DNA of 64,000 bases from the IMG/VR virus record IMGVR_UViG_3300037470_000856, positions 64,001-128,000 of that record; one strand, written 5' to 3'. The DNA comes from a virus. A model generated the notes under the pieces. It was not told where the DNA came from, did not search any database, and saw nothing but the letters and a program-made list of their open reading frames with translations. The position numbers were made by a program, and so were the translations under genes. Shown in pieces: positions 9,240 through 16,392 of this stretch (positions are counted from its first letter, which is position 1; each line of letters begins with the position of its first letter).

Positions 9240-10678
9240 TGTCTCTCTCCGGTCAGGACCCGTCGGAGGGCTCGTCGGAAGTCAGGGTCCTGGAAGGCGC
9301 GATGTCGGAGCGCGGGCACGAGAGGACTTCCTGCGACCTTCTTCTTGCCGGATGAGCGCCACCTCTCTCGCGCCTCGACGAGATTGTCAAACTCCTCCTC
9401 GGTGATCGGGACGGCCCGCTCGGCGAACCAAGCGAGGCTGTCCACGGGGGCGACGAGGTCGCCCCCGTGGATGACCGGCATCTTGGGCTGCACCCACTTC
9501 ACCGGAAGTCCATCGACGTCGAAGTAGAACCCGCTCTCCTCCGCCCGCTTGGACACCGGGGTCTTGCGCTTGCGCCTGGGGATCTTGGGAAGCAGGAGGG
9601 ACTTGGGCGCATCGAAAATGCTCGAGGGCTCAGATTTCGAGGCAGACTCCTGCCACGCGCGCTCGTAGACCTCACGCTGGCGAGAGGTGAGCGTATGGAA
9701 CCGCTCCATCACGTCCTCGGGGATCTCCTCTCTCCTCTTGTCGCGGACCTTGTCGTCGAGCCCCTTGATCTGGGAGTACAGCGCGTGGTTCTGCTCCTTC
9801 GCCTGGAGCATGGGCTTGAGGTGAAGTTGCAGCTCCATAACGTGCCCGTTGGGCAACCTCGCGTTCAGCACGACGTCCCGGTACCCGGCGGCCGTGGCGG
9901 TCCGAAAGCGATTCCGAGGGCGAGAGACGAGTTCTATGCCGCTCTTCTTGAGCTTGTCGATGACCCCTCGGAGGTCCTCGTACTTATCGACGGCGATCGA
10001 CGCCCGCACGAGGTCGACCGCCCCCTCGGACCAGTTCCCTCCGTAGCGCTCTCGAACCTTGTCCTCCGCGGCCTCGCGCTTCTTCGTCGACCCAATCACC
10101 ACGACGGGGCCCGGGGTCGAGTAGTCGATTTCGCCGTCAGGGTCCTCGTCTCGACGGACGACCTCAGCTCCAAGGGCCTTGTCGATCCCCTCACCGCGAT
10201 CGAGCCAGTCGAGCATCTGATCGTGCCCCTCCTCGGCCTGGGCGAAGAGACGGTCCGGGACGGAGTGCGACTGCAAGGCCCACCTGGGGAGTTTCTCGAT
10301 CTCCGCCTCGGAGAACAGGGCCTTCGGCTTGAACTGACGTCTGTGCTCGCCCGGAGGTGCCCACATGCCGCGCCCCCACATCCTCTGCGTCCTGCGTCCC
10401 TTTTGGCGCTTGAGATTCTCGATGAGAAGTTTCCTCTGCTCCGATTTCTGCGGCGCTCCTGGATCGCGCCCGAACACGTAAGCCTCCCACTGCTCGCGGG
10501 GCAGTGGTGTGCCGTTCTCGTCTTTCTTGCGCTGGACGTAGTCCTCGTACTTGGCGTCGGCCGTGAGGACCCGGGCCAGAGATTCACGAAACGCAGGATC
10601 GCTCGCAGCGCGGTGCCGCAGCGCGCGCACGAGGTTCTGGTCAGAAGCGGATCGAAAGTGGGCCATGCGGGCGTTCAC
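9236..10678 (-). CDS. RelA/SpoT-like nucleotidyltransferase domain protein
   Basis: KKREAAEDK, DLVRASI, GYRDVVLN, MELQLH and HALY match RelA_SpoT synthetase-like motifs. Flanked by repeated helical motifs. Confidence 0.75.
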   Translation of the reverse strand: MNARMAHFRSASDQNLVRALRHRAASDPAFRESLARVLTADAKYEDYVQRKKDENGTPLPREQWEAYVFGRDPGAPQKSEQRKLLIENLKRQKGRRTQRMWGRGMWAPPGEHRRQFKPKALFSEAEIEKLPRWALQSHSVPDRLFAQAEEGHDQMLDWLDRGEGIDKALGAEVVRRDEDPDGEIDYSTPGPVVVIGSTKKREAAEDKVRERYGGNWSEGAVDLVRASIAVDKYEDLRGVIDKLKKSGIELVSRPRNRFRTATAAGYRDVVLNARLPNGHVMELQLHLKPMLQAKEQNHALYSQIKGLDDKVRDKRREEIPEDVMERFHTLTSRQREVYERAWQESASKSEPSSIFDAPKSLLLPKIPRRKRKTPVSKRAEESGFYFDVDGLPVKWVQPKMPVIHGGDLVAPVDSLAWFAERAVPITEEEFDNLVEARERWRSSGKKKVAGSPLVPALRHRAFQDPDFRRALRRVLTGERQ

Positions 10679-10689
10679 CTACGGCGACC

Positions 10690-10705
10690 CGATAGAACGA
10701 AAATC
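10690..10705 (-). promoter_or_regulatory. Putative phage late promoter (copy 5)
   Basis: Minus strand GATTTTCGTTCTATCG, just upstream of the RelA/SpoT-ART/kinase operon. Confidence 0.55.
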
Positions 10706-10797
10706 AGGTCTTGAACGTGAGGAGCGGCCACCACTTCACGACAGGCTCGAGAAGCCTTTCCTTGCGCAGGGTGATGCACTCGACGCCTACCGCCCGG

Positions 10798-11136
10798 TCA
10801 TTCCTCGGGCTCCATCATGACCTGGAGCGGGTGCTCGTACTTCTGCGCGTAGGCCATCGAGAGCACCACCTTGGTCTCGGCGATCTCGTGGGTGTAGACC
10901 CCGACCACCGCCGATCCCGCCTGGTGGACCTTGAGCGTGATCTGAGCCGCCTCCTCCGGAGTTTTACGAAACACCGTGGCAACGAGCTGCACGACGAAGT
11001 CGATGGGCGTGAAGTCGTCGTTAAGGATGATGACGCGATACTTCCGGGGGCGCTGAGTGTGCTGCTCCTTGCGCTCCTTGCGCTCCTTGAGACCGACGCC
11101 TTCTCGGCGTTCCTCCTGGCGGTCCTTCTCCGGCAT
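10798..11136 (-). CDS. clpS: ATP-dependent Clp protease adaptor ClpS
   Basis: YRVIILNDDFTPIDFVV...VHQAGSAVVGVYTHEIAETKV...HPL is the ClpS signature. Confidence 0.95.
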   Translation of the reverse strand: MPEKDRQEERREGVGLKERKERKEQHTQRPRKYRVIILNDDFTPIDFVVQLVATVFRKTPEEAAQITLKVHQAGSAVVGVYTHEIAETKVVLSMAYAQKYEHPLQVMMEPEE

Positions 11137-11172
11137 GACCCCCTCTTATACCCCGGAGTGAATAGGGAGACG

Positions 11173-11397
11173 TCACGACCTCCTCGCGATCGCCGCGTTA
11201 GCCCACATCACGCACTGCTCGAGGTTGGTCAGCGCGGTGGCCTGCTCCCGGCTGCTTGGGCAGAGATCCACGATCGCCTCCGCGAGGTTCTTGGCCTTGT
11301 CGCGCAGGGCTTCGTACTTCGCGGGCTGACCTTCCTTGGGAGGATGGTACATGAAGCGGGTGGCAATCTCTTCGGGGGTGATGGGTGGCATCGACAT
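11173..11397 (-). CDS. Acb2/Tad1-like helical-hairpin nucleotide-signal sponge
   Basis: RFMYHPP...YEALR...PSSREQATALTNLEQCVMWANAAIAR. Start could be 11391, 11397 or 11412. Confidence 0.75.
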   Translation of the reverse strand: MSMPPITPEEIATRFMYHPPKEGQPAKYEALRDKAKNLAEAIVDLCPSSREQATALTNLEQCVMWANAAIARRS

Positions 11398-11414
11398 GCG
11401 ACACTGTACCATCG

Positions 11415-11558
11415 TCACTTCTTGAGAACCCACCGATAGATCGGCGCCCGCTGGATCGGAGGATCGGGGTTCCTGTGCCCCTCCTGCGCGATGTTCCACC
11501 GGCAGAAGTGGTGCCGATTCTCGGGGAGGACCCCGAAGCACCTGCGGTGCTGGCTCAT
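11415..11558 (-). CDS. Possible 47-aa small ORF
   Basis: MSQHRRCFGVLP...RWVLKK fills an intergenic gap; no homology evidence. Confidence 0.3.
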   Translation of the reverse strand: MSQHRRCFGVLPENRHHFCRWNIAQEGHRNPDPPIQRAPIYRWVLKK

Positions 11559-11628
11559 TTCGCTCTGAAACGCGACCTACCTCTACGATAGGGGCCTCAT
11601 CGAAGGAAGGGACTCGACGCGCGGGAAC

Positions 11629-12159
11629 TCACTCCTCGCCGAACAGGTCGAGCACGGAGGGCTGGTTCTCCCCGGTGCTCTCCCGGATCTGATGCTCCGT
11701 GCACAGCTCGCCGTCCCCCATGATGTGGACGAGTTCGTAGCCTCGCTCGATGAGGCCCACGCCCACAAGCCGCCTGCGGTGGCACCCGGCCGGGTCCTGC
11801 TCGCTGCACATGAGCGCGAGCGGGGTCATGGGCGACTCAAGGCCCGTGGCGAGGTCGGCGAGGTCGGCGAGGCCGTCCTGGTACGTCTGCGACGCCCTGA
11901 TCTTCGCGTAGTCCGGGCTGCCACGCGTCCTGAGTTTCGGATCGTCGGGCACGCCGCCGAGGGAGTGCCCGAGCCACACGTACGGGATGCCGGCGAGGCG
12001 CAGGGCCTCGGCCACGTCGTGTCGGTTGAACTGCGGGTTGTGCCGACTGAACGGCTTGCTCCGAACGTCGACGAGCACCTTGACGCCGTGTCGCCTGAGG
12101 CGGTCGATCAAGTGACCGACAGGGCGGTTACTGTGCCCGATGGTGTAGACGGTCTTCAC
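11629..12159 (-). CDS. DUF488 family protein
   Basis: VYTIGHSNR...LVDVRSKPFSRHNPQFN...LGG...ALMCSE...CHRR; GTGA overlap with the upstream stop. Confidence 0.9.
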   Translation of the reverse strand: MKTVYTIGHSNRPVGHLIDRLRRHGVKVLVDVRSKPFSRHNPQFNRHDVAEALRLAGIPYVWLGHSLGGVPDDPKLRTRGSPDYAKIRASQTYQDGLADLADLATGLESPMTPLALMCSEQDPAGCHRRRLVGVGLIERGYELVHIMGDGELCTEHQIRESTGENQPSVLDLFGEE

Positions 12160-12473
12160 CGGCGCCCCGCATTGTACTCGTCCCACATGGACTGCCAGTA
12201 CTCGCGGTCGTACTCCGCGCAGTCGGGGCAGTAGGGGACGGGGACGTTGGGGTCCGGGTCCTCCTCGGTCGGCTCATACGCCGTGTGGGCGTCCCAGAAC
12301 TCGACGCCCTCCGTCGTGCCGCAGTGGGTGCAGAGGAGGCCGGCCCCGTGCTGCTCGCCGTCGAGCCACACGCCGTACAGCATCTCGAGCAGCGCGTCCG
12401 AGAACTCCTCGGATCGCTCGCCGAGCCGAGCCTCAAGACGAAGCATGAACAGCGCGTCGTAGCGCGCCTTCAT
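12156..12473 (-). CDS. Hypothetical zinc-finger protein
   Basis: CTHC...CPDC; ATGA-coupled to RNase HII. Confidence 0.7.
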   Translation of the reverse strand: MKARYDALFMLRLEARLGERSEEFSDALLEMLYGVWLDGEQHGAGLLCTHCGTTEGVEFWDAHTAYEPTEEDPDPNVPVPYCPDCAEYDREYWQSMWDEYNAGRR

Positions 12474-13144
12474 GTGGCGCCGTTTAGCAAGTCCGCAATG
12501 TCTGGTCCATCGACGAAGTCTGGCTTCTTCCTCCACGTCCATGATCTGCGCGCCTCCGGTGGAAGTTCTCCGTGCTTGGCCTCATACGCCTCGAGGAACT
12601 TCCGACTGCCCTCGTTAACATACCCGCCGCCAGTGATCTTGCCGAACTCGGTCTCGTACTTGCGCACGATCTCGTCCATCAGTTCGTCGCGCCGGACCTT
12701 GGCGACGATGGACGCCGCGGACACACAGACATGCCTGGCGTCGGCCTTGTTCTCGGCGACGAAATTTGGCCATCTATCCTGGGAAAGGCGGCCAAAAATG
12801 GGAGCACCGTCGCAGATGATCCTGTCATTGGTCGCCGCCCCGATCTTATTGAGGAGCAGCAGGGCTCCCTCGCGCTCAAGGTCGTCGAGCCGTCCCTGCC
12901 GGACGTATCGGTCGATCACCTCGGGCTCGAACACGACGACCCGATGCTCGCAGCGCGACAGGACAGCGGGGAGCGCGGCGAGCCGAGCCGTCTTGGCCTT
13001 CTGGCCGCTCCCGTACTTCTTGCTGTCCTGGATGCCGAGCTTCCTGAGTTCAGCCTCCTGCTCCGTCGTGAGCAACACGGCCGCCATCACCATCGGTCCG
13101 AGCACGGGACCGCGACCGGCCTCGTCGATGCCAATCAACCTCAT
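12470..13144 (-). CDS. rnhB: Ribonuclease HII
   Basis: GIDEAGRGPVLGPMV, DSKK, ICDG, KAD...VSAASIVAKVRRD, GGY, RRSW. Confidence 0.95.
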   Translation of the reverse strand: MRLIGIDEAGRGPVLGPMVMAAVLLTTEQEAELRKLGIQDSKKYGSGQKAKTARLAALPAVLSRCEHRVVVFEPEVIDRYVRQGRLDDLEREGALLLLNKIGAATNDRIICDGAPIFGRLSQDRWPNFVAENKADARHVCVSAASIVAKVRRDELMDEIVRKYETEFGKITGGGYVNEGSRKFLEAYEAKHGELPPEARRSWTWRKKPDFVDGPDIADLLNGAT

Positions 13145-13392
13145 CGCCTGGGCACCCCTGCCTCCGCCATGCACGCGGGGCAGACGATGCCGTCCTTGTT
13201 GCAGCGTCCGATCTCAATGCGCTTCTGGAGGTCAGCGAGCCCCTTCCAGACGTGCCCTCTTCTGCGCGCGAGCTCAACCTCGAACTCCTCCGTCGGGATG
13301 CTCGAGAGATTGATCCCGAACGCGTCTCCTCGCTCCCTCTGGCGCTCGATGGCCCGTCGCGCCGCGGTGTAACTCTTCCCTGTCTCGGTCAT
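13141..13392 (-). CDS. Hypothetical protein (Cys-containing)
   Basis: MTETGKSYTAARR...CPAC; ATGA overlaps on both sides. Confidence 0.6.
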   Translation of the reverse strand: MTETGKSYTAARRAIERQRERGDAFGINLSSIPTEEFEVELARRRGHVWKGLADLQKRIEIGRCNKDGIVCPACMAEAGVPRR

Positions 13393-13832
13393 CCGGACAC
13401 GGACGACTTTCTTGAATTTCCCACGTCTTCCCTCTTCCTCCGCGCCAACGTGTCTCTCAGGTTCTCGATCCCGAGCGCAAATTCGTCTCCCTCGACGAGA
13501 CGCCTCAGCGCCACGGTGACGTGATCGCGCAGCAGCGTGCGGATCTCGGGGTTGTTCAGCACGTCCTTGAGCGGGGAGGAGAAGCGGGGCTGCGGGACGA
13601 ACACAGAGACGCACGCGAGATGCGGCACGTCGGCGAACCCCGCGGCCCTCACCGCTTCCCGGACGCCGAGGACGTGGGACCCGGAGCGCGTGCGCACCGT
13701 GTTGCCCCAGGAGAAGAAGGTCTCGCCGTCGCCCATCTCTTGGCCGGTGTGCCACTGGAACGCGACGTCGAAGGAGAGACCACCCTGATTGACGCGGAGA
13801 CGGAAGGGTCGTGGAGAATCTATTCGGCCCAC
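13389..13832 (-). CDS. Stand-alone DNA gyrase B transducer-domain protein
   Basis: FDVAFQW...FSWGNTVRTRSGSHVLGVR...CVSVFVPQPRF...KDVLNNPEI parallels the GyrB transducer. No ATPase or TOPRIM part. Confidence 0.65.
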   Translation of the reverse strand: MGRIDSPRPFRLRVNQGGLSFDVAFQWHTGQEMGDGETFFSWGNTVRTRSGSHVLGVREAVRAAGFADVPHLACVSVFVPQPRFSSPLKDVLNNPEIRTLLRDHVTVALRRLVEGDEFALGIENLRDTLARRKREDVGNSRKSSVSG

Positions 13833-14113
13833 CGAGCCTTCGGATCTCGATGTGGGTTGGCCACAGAGGCCGGGCGCCAGTCCGGGTCCACACGGGCGAA
13901 TCGCTCGTGCTCTCGGGAGAACTCTCCGAGGCGCTCGGCGATCTCGTCCTGGGACATGTCCTGCGCGGCATCGTGTCCGATGACGATGTTGATGTGGAGG
14001 GACCGCAGCCATCCCCGGAGCATCTCGATGCCAGCCAAGTGGTTTCTATCGGGTTTCTCCGCGTCGAGGCGAATTTTGCGGAGTTCGAAAAGAGGGTCTT
14101 GGTTCGGGCTCAC
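13820..14113 (-). CDS. Hypothetical protein
   Basis: GTG with AGGAG upstream; VSPNQDPLFELRK... with GC3-rich codons. Confidence 0.6.
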   Translation of the reverse strand: MSPNQDPLFELRKIRLDAEKPDRNHLAGIEMLRGWLRSLHINIVIGHDAAQDMSQDEIAERLGEFSREHERFARVDPDWRPASVANPHRDPKARWAE

Positions 14114-14126
14114 CTGCGTACTACTC

Positions 14127-14591
14127 CTACAGGGTTGTGCCCGCATCGGCGTCGAGGAGCGCCTTGCGGAGCATGTCGAGGTTCGGGGCCTCGGTCTCGA
14201 TCTTGAGTGCAGGCGTGTACCAACCCACCCGGAACGGACGCTCAAGTTCGTGCGGCACATGGATGACGACGTCGGAGTCTCCAAGACCCAGGAGTACTAT
14301 CGTGTCCACGAGCCCCTTCTCCATCGCTGCGGCCGCCACCTCGGCATGATCGTCTTCCGCCAGGAAACGGAACACCTCTTCCAACTCGCGGTCTTCACGA
14401 ATGATGGTGTCGTGGGTGTGGTCCCAAACCCCGTGCTCGCCGTCGAACCAGAAGATCTCCGGGGAGCTCGAGAAAGAGGCACCTCGGATCGTCGCGACGA
14501 CTTCTTCGAGATGCTTCCGGTACTCTCCGCGGACACGCTCGGATTCCTTGAGATCGGAGAGGGCCTTATCTCGGAGTTCCGCCAGTTTCAT
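14127..14591 (-). CDS. Hypothetical protein
   Basis: MKLAELRDKAL... is the well-behaved C-terminal half of the 285-aa ORF; true start uncertain. Confidence 0.6.
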   Translation of the reverse strand: MKLAELRDKALSDLKESERVRGEYRKHLEEVVATIRGASFSSSPEIFWFDGEHGVWDHTHDTIIREDRELEEVFRFLAEDDHAEVAAAAMEKGLVDTIVLLGLGDSDVVIHVPHELERPFRVGWYTPALKIETEAPNLDMLRKALLDADAGTTL

Positions 14592-14608
14592 GGGTAGCCT
14601 CATGCGTT

Positions 14609-14984
14609 CTACTCTCTGAAGAAGCTTGGCCGTCGAGGGCCTCTGAGTGTAGGGGTCGATGCCTCGAGCCGCAGCCAGAGAGCAAAGCCATGCCGCTGCC
14701 CGGCGCGATTTTTTCGATCCCGGATGCGGGTCAACATCACCCGGTCCGTCACAAGGCCCTTGCGCCACGCGAGCAGCTCCTCGGGCGGCAGGTACCCGTG
14801 CCTCGTCGCCGCGGTCACCCCGAAGTAGATCAATCCCGAGCCCTCCTTGGACGGCCCAAGAGTAGGTCCATGTGACGTCCTCGACGGTGAGTTCGGGCAC
14901 CTCCTTGTGGAACTTGGCCATGATGTGTGCCACCAACTCCGGGTGATGCTCCACGACTTGCTTGGGTTTCAGGTGGCGTTCCAT
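14609..14984 (-). pseudogene. Probable frameshifted hypothetical gene
   Basis: Codon bias moves from the MERHLKP...WAV frame to the LIYFGVTAATRHG frame near 14850. Confidence 0.4.
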
Positions 14985-14987
14985 CGC

Positions 14988-15383
14988 TCAATCCGTGAAC
15001 GTCCCATCAGGACCAATGCCCAACGCTCCCCCAAGGCTCTTCGTGCCCGGAGCCTGATGAGAGATCGAGCGGGCCTCCACGGTGCCCAGGAGTTGACGGA
15101 CACCCTTCTTCCACTCCTCGACGTCGTCCCAGTCCAGCGACTTCCCATCGTAGGACAGGAGTCGTTTCAGGGCGACTATCCCAGCCGTCAAGTCCAGCGC
15201 CAAGTCCCCGGGCCAGATGCCCTGATACCCGAGGCGTTGCAGCAGGTCGGCGCAGGCGAACACCTCCACCGTGAAATCCGACCGGAGACCTTTGCGAACT
15301 TTCGCAACGACGTCCTGGAGAGCCTCCGCATAGAACTCCTGGCCCATGTCGCTCTCGACGGGATGGTAACCCCAAGCACCCAT
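14988..15383 (-). CDS. DUF4259-like hypothetical protein
   Basis: N-terminal MGAWG....SD.G.E motif. Confidence 0.55.
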   Translation of the reverse strand: MGAWGYHPVESDMGQEFYAEALQDVVAKVRKGLRSDFTVEVFACADLLQRLGYQGIWPGDLALDLTAGIVALKRLLSYDGKSLDWDDVEEWKKGVRQLLGTVEARSISHQAPGTKSLGGALGIGPDGTFTD

Positions 15384-15409
15384 AGCAGCACCCTACCTGG
15401 CTGGCGGCT

Positions 15410-15556
15410 TCAGGGCCACTCCGAACAGGCGACGACCTCCGGCTTGGTCGCGTCGCGTGCCATGTCCCAGAGGAGCCGCTTCGCCCCGGTGCCGTCGTCC
15501 TGGATGTGGATCCCGGCAGCCTCCGACTGGTCTTCCTTGAGTTTCGTGACCGTCAC
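15410..15556 (-). CDS. Small hypothetical protein (48 aa)
   Basis: GTG preceded by AAGGAG; VTVTKLKEDQSEAAG...EWP. Confidence 0.45.
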   Translation of the reverse strand: MTVTKLKEDQSEAAGIHIQDDGTGAKRLLWDMARDATKPEVVACSEWP

Positions 15557-15605
15557 GCTCCTTCTACTCCGAGCTCAACGCGTTGCTACCGCCGCAGGCG
15601 CCGGC

Positions 15606-16142
15606 TCAGCCCTCTTCCGAGATCGCGTGGAGAAGCTGCGAGCAGACCTGGACCCACTGGCGCATCTTCTTGAAGTGATCCTTCGATCCCTCGTCCTTCG
15701 GCATGCGCACCGAGGTCTGGATGCCGGGGCGCACCGGGTCGTCGAGAGGCAGGTCCCGAGGCACCTCCACGATCGTGCACGTCAGGATCTCGCCCTCGGG
15801 ATGCTCGCTGGAGACGCGAACCTGGGCAGCGCGGAACGTGCCGTGCAGCTCCTTCTTCGATGGGTTCCCGTGGCGGTCGAAGCGGAAGCACTCCGCGAGG
15901 TCCTCGCCGACCGGCCGCCAAGCACCCACGATGCGCCCCGCATCGGCCACGACCACGATTGGCCTTTCGAGGCGAGGGAGCGCAGGCTCGTCCGGCATCC
16001 ACTTGTCCACGTCGTGCAGGTACAGCACCTCCGCGACGAAGCCGTGGGTGACGTCGGCGATGACGCTGAGAGAGTCGATCAGCGTCTCCTGCGAGATGCC
16101 GGGCATCTTGCCGGCCATGAAGTCTCCGAGTGTGAAGGACAT
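15606..16142 (-). CDS. Hypothetical protein
   Basis: ATG at 16142 with AGGAGG RBS; MSFTLGDFMAGK... Confidence 0.75.
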   Translation of the reverse strand: MSFTLGDFMAGKMPGISQETLIDSLSVIADVTHGFVAEVLYLHDVDKWMPDEPALPRLERPIVVVADAGRIVGAWRPVGEDLAECFRFDRHGNPSKKELHGTFRAAQVRVSSEHPEGEILTCTIVEVPRDLPLDDPVRPGIQTSVRMPKDEGSKDHFKKMRQWVQVCSQLLHAISEEG

Positions 16143-16168
16143 GTCCCTCCTTTTACACCTTCGTCGGT

Positions 16169-16392
16169 CCGCGATCCTACGGCTTGCGGAACACCAGGAT
16201 GGGCTCTCGTGCCTGGTCCTGCGACCGGTTGAGAGACGAGGTGGGTCGGTGGCGGTGCAATGGCGGTGACCCCGAGACGACCACTGATCCCACCGGTTCG
16301 CCACAGCCTCAAACCCCATCTCGACCGTAGGTCTGCTCGTCCCGCTCCGCGCTCCACGGACAGACGCCAGTAGCCGCGATCCTCCTACGGCT
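16169..16392. repeat. Imperfect direct repeat flanking a probable methyltransferase-tail remnant
   Basis: ccgcgatcctacggct (16169-16184) and ccgcgatcctcctacggct (16374-16392). The interior minus frame ends REPILVFRKP*. Confidence 0.5.
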
